Shown here: one piece after another, positions 59,866-64,000 of the stretch
How the letters are laid out: each line of letters begins with the position of its first letter
How positions within the stretch are numbered: position 1 is the stretch's first letter
DNA from: Rhina ancylostomus
Taxonomy: Eukaryota
Direction: 5' to 3'
Assembly (NCBI GenBank): GCA_030265395.1
Contig: JARFYF010000058.1
Span: forward strand, 16,879,965-16,943,964
Length of the DNA stretch: 64,000 nt
Notes under the pieces: generated by a model
Told to the model about the DNA's origin: nothing
The model's database searches: none
What the model saw: only the letters and a program-made list of their open reading frames with translations
Program-made: the position numbers and the translations under genes

Positions 59866-62800
59866 CCTGGAAAGATAGCACCAATGAAAAGTCTGCAAAA
59901 TATTTAAAATTTACTGGATAGATAAGCAAGAATTATAATATAAATACAAAACTAGTAACATTTAATAGTTATCACGTGAAAAATGGGACTTTGATTTGTG
60001 TTGTATAGAAATGCAAGGGATTAAGAATCTGTTTTGTAGAACAGCACTGGAAGAATTAAACACCACAGTTATACTGATTTCAATTATAATCACAGGAGAT
60101 TGCCTTGACCAACAGATGAGCAAGAAAGGTTATTTTCTTGGGTTGTTGCAAAATACAAACTTTTCACTATTTGCTTGCTGTTTCAAGCCACACATCTTTA
60201 CGTAACAGCTGGATACTACCCCACAATTTCTCATACCAACTTGTCAGTATTTCAGGGAAACGTTAAATAATATCAGTTATGAACTAGTTAAACTGTAAAC
60301 ATTAACAAACGTATAATGGAACCTGAGAAGTATTCACACACGCAAACATAACATCACTGTTTCTGACCAGCTACCTAAATATAAACAATGCAAATCTGAT
60401 AAATCAAAAAGCTACACTGCCAATGTACATCAAGTATTCGTAAGAAACTTCATCCACTGACAAGCAGATTCACACTTTCACTAGCATCTCCAAGGCCATG
60501 AACATCATAACTTTCTTTGTAACAATAACTTCAAGTGCATCATGGATGATGCTTCTTACTTGACTTTTTATATCAATCAATACACTATCAGCTCTTCTGA
60601 CCTTGCAACCATGCCAGAGTTAGATGCAACTTAAACTGATGAGAGGAAAGATCTACTTTATCTTGACCATAAAAGGCCTGCACAAAATGAATGTATACAG
60701 TTTCAACTCAGTTCCTAGATGGTGAATGCAAAAAAGAAAAATGTACCTAATTTTTTTGATTGCCATTTGTACACAAACTGAAAATGAAGAGCTTCACCAG
60801 TTTTGAAGAAAGTTTGGTTGCTTTTCACCTGTTTGGTTTGGTTTAGTTTAAGATATTTAATTAGCTGTGACAACCTAGCTAGATGGCTTGATAAAGTTTG
60901 AGAAATTTGAAAAATGATGCATTTACAGAATCCATAATTTTTACAAAAGACAAAGGTTATACACAGATGTAAAATTATTTAACTGTAAATGAATGATATG
61001 CAATATCATAACATTATAATTATTAAATAGCATAGTTATTGGAGATCTCATTTACACTGGACTCCCAAAAGACATGTGATTTTGGAAAAAAGCTGTACTA
61101 GGAAAATAATTACCTGGAGAAAATTTGAAAATAATATGCCAAGAGATCTGTAACAATATACTAAACTCTGCTTCTCTACCTAATAGACTTGCGTTAGCCA
61201 TTTTACCACACCTACTGTAATGGTTGAAAATAATGGTCTTTCATTACCTTCAAGATTAATTTGGGATGGAAATAATTGATGGCCTTACCAGCAATATTTT
61301 TACCCTGAGAATGGTTTATCACATCATCAAAACTAACTGATTTCCACATTTGCCTGAACTATTATGTAGAAGTTCAGTAATCTAAAGCTTTGTATTCGAT
61401 TGCAAAACAGTTCATTATCCTTCAGTATTCAAAAAAGTAGCCAGAATGTTCTCATTTTAATCAGTGTCTCCTGATGTCTAATCAAACTGCCATTTAGAAG
61501 TTTCAAGAATGTGATTTTTCAAGTACGACTTCATCAGCTGGTGTTTGCAAAAAGCTTCTCGGATGACTTTTTGCATGCTCTACCTTAAGAAACTTGCTCC
61601 CATTAATGCCCTCAGGATTTGAATGCTTTGGGCAAACATTTTATCCAAAAGCAGCTTTAAAACAAGGAGATATTATTTTCCAATTATGTTTGCTCTGGAC
61701 TTCCGAAGAAGCAAGCTCAAATCCCAGTCTCAAAAGTCATTTCCTACTTGGCCACGAAATAAACAATATTATGCAGTAGCCCCATTTTTGGAACATAAAC
61801 TATGGTTACATGATCATGTCCAGCTCACAGCAGCATATAACTGATTACAAAGCAGTACTATTGGGAGATTAAAAACTTCTATTTTTAGACTGCTTTTCTG
61901 TCTAGTACTTACGTGCAGAGGAAAATTCAGAAATAATAGTGCCTCACTCTTGCACATCCAATAAATACCTGTCTTTTCTGACTCCAGATTCCAGCATCTG
62001 CAACCTCATGTCTGTCTTTTCTTCTCTTTTGCATTTTTCCTCTCCCAAGTAACGTATCTCATCATAAACTTTTCTTGCACTTTGTACTCATGTACTTTCA
62101 TTTTTTCCTCAAGTTTATAAAACACAAGGATGGTTACAGCAGAACAAAATTTCTTTGCATACACACACCCAATATAACTTCTTTTACTTCAAATCTATGA
62201 AAATCTGTCCTCCTGAATTTCAAAGCTGTTTGAAGGTGCCAACTGTCCAAAAACAAACAAAATATCCAATCAATCCATTTGGAGAAAGTGGACACACTGT
62301 ACACAATCAGGTTCCTTAATCTAAATTGGATTCAGTTCAGCTGTGGCCAAAAAGATCAAGCTCACACATTTGGCTGAGACTGAACTTTTTAAATATTCTA
62401 CAATAGCAAAAGAAGTATAAAACACAATTTGCATTTTGTTTTTGGTTTGTCTTCATTCTGAGTTTGGAAATTTCAGCTGTTTTAAAAGAGGCAATTTTGA
62501 AAAGAAAATCCAGAAAATATTTTAAGCAAATACAGAAGTCTAAGTAGAGCAACAAGTATCCAGATGCAGTACTTTAAATTCTTAACAAAAATGATAAAAA
62601 TGCTACAAAATTGTAATAAAGTGAAGATGGACAGTAAAGTAGTAGACACCAACACAGGATTATTTTCAAAATACAGATCTGCACCTTTGCATCTGAAAAT
62701 CTGCTGTTGAATTAGGGTCAAGAGCCTGAGGAAAACTAGATTAGGGAACAGAGATAATCTAGTTCCCATTTTAAAGCTAAAATTTATAATAAAAATGACA

Positions 62801-64000
62801 AAATGCAGATGTCCTCATTCATGCCAGTCAAAAATCACATTTGGCACTAATAAGCTGACAAAACCAGTGCCTAAAAATTCTATCCTATTTGGGGTTTTCC
62901 CCCCCCAGTGCCAGTAAGTGAAAATTCTTACTTTCTCCCGAGTGACTGTTTCTGTGTTGTTTCTCTTTGCTTTGTTGTTTCCTGGTGTGCGTCCTCATGC
63001 ACCTCAAAGCAATTTCCATGTCAGAGGTNNNNNNNNNNNNATCATTCTCCATGCAACTAGTCTTGGGGTATTGCAAGGTCACTCAGACATGCTGTCGCAG
63101 GAGCAACCAATCCTGACTACCAATATTCACACTTTTATCCTCAATTTCTCAAGCCTTGGCTACAGCACAGATTTAATTGAGCCCACTGTGGATAGACATC
63201 CTGATTCCAACCTTGGAATTGAGTACAGGGCATACATTTCTGAGGTCTTGAGCATAAATGAAGAATGCAGCAGATCATTAATGAATGAGAATGGTCATTG
63301 GCATTCCACTGCTGTGCCCATCTAGCAGATCCTTATGGATGCAAACAATTGTAGGTAACAGTGATTAGAATTGGCTATTGCATTTAGCACAATATTTATG
63401 AGCCTTTGGCAGATGTTGATTAAATCATGCTGATCCTATTAGCTTGTTCTGATAATTTATTGCAAGGGAGATTATCAATGGTGAGGTATACATTTTTGTA
63501 CTACTTCTAAAATTTCTGTCATAGCCTTTTGCAAGTTAATTCTCTTTGTTCTGAATGCTGTGTCGCCTCCTTTGTGACCATTTTCATATCATATATTTAT
63601 GATCACGCAACATACTTTTTTAAAGTCTGTCCTGAAAGGCATAGCCTATACTATTACTTGACTGATTTTCTTTGCTGAACTGGTTCATTGCCAATCATGA
63701 GAACACCATTTGATTTAAAGGATATAGGGAATGAAAAAAAACAAACAAGTTGATTAATTAACAGAATACTGGACATTAACTTGAAGGTTCCTTGAAAATT
63801 GGAAATTTTGTGTCAAACTTTGGTGGTCAGACATCTGAAGTGAGAATATTTCACTGCAGGAGGAAAACTGGAACAACAAAGACCTGGACAGCTTCAGGAT
63901 ATCCTGAAGTGCTTTACAGTATGGTATTTTTGAGTATAGTCACAGTTGTAATGTCAGAAACATGGCTGGCAACTGAGGCACGTTCTCACAAACAGCAATT

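Noticed and set aside
14418-60324. Scattered MEF2-like YTA(A/T)4TAR matches (for example 14418, 31871, 32862, 43432, 58931, 60315)
   Set aside because: Expected by chance in AT-rich DNA, with no supporting motif cluster.
61905-61970. Strong donor CAC|gtaagt on the minus strand
   Set aside because: No polypyrimidine acceptor or HDAC-like coding upstream; isolated donors are common by chance.
759-63325. Remaining 60-157 aa ORFs in the track, including those spanning N runs
   Set aside because: No recognisable homology; they are chance ORFs, antisense shadows of exons, LINE relics or gap artefacts. No tRNA, rRNA, snoRNA, CRISPR or prokaryotic features were recognised.

Overview
Eukaryotic, AT-rich and CpG-depleted genomic DNA with several N gaps. 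The repeat content (HE1/V-type SINE, CR1/L2/RTE/Rex LINE relics, Penelope-like palindromic repeats) points to a cartilaginous fish, probably a ray (inference). The window holds ten consecutive minus-strand coding exons (30530 down to 4250; 1715 nt, about 571 codons, all GT-AG, phases consistent) of a class IIa histone deacetylase that best matches HDAC5. These encode the N-terminal regulatory half: CtBP motif, Gln-rich helix, MEF2-binding region, NLS, 14-3-3 sites and acidic stretch. The catalytic-domain exons lie left of the window. The first exons were not found in the more than 33 kb upstream. Most other ORFs in the track are chance ORFs or decayed transposon fragments. Best leads: a candidate 228-nt poison exon at 6646-6873, a possible MITR-like truncated isoform, tandem splice acceptors, fossil minimal hammerhead ribozymes in palindromic Penelope-like repeats, two long fold-back palindromes, a MEF2/E-box/AP-1/CRE motif cluster, and a well-preserved Tc1 left end.
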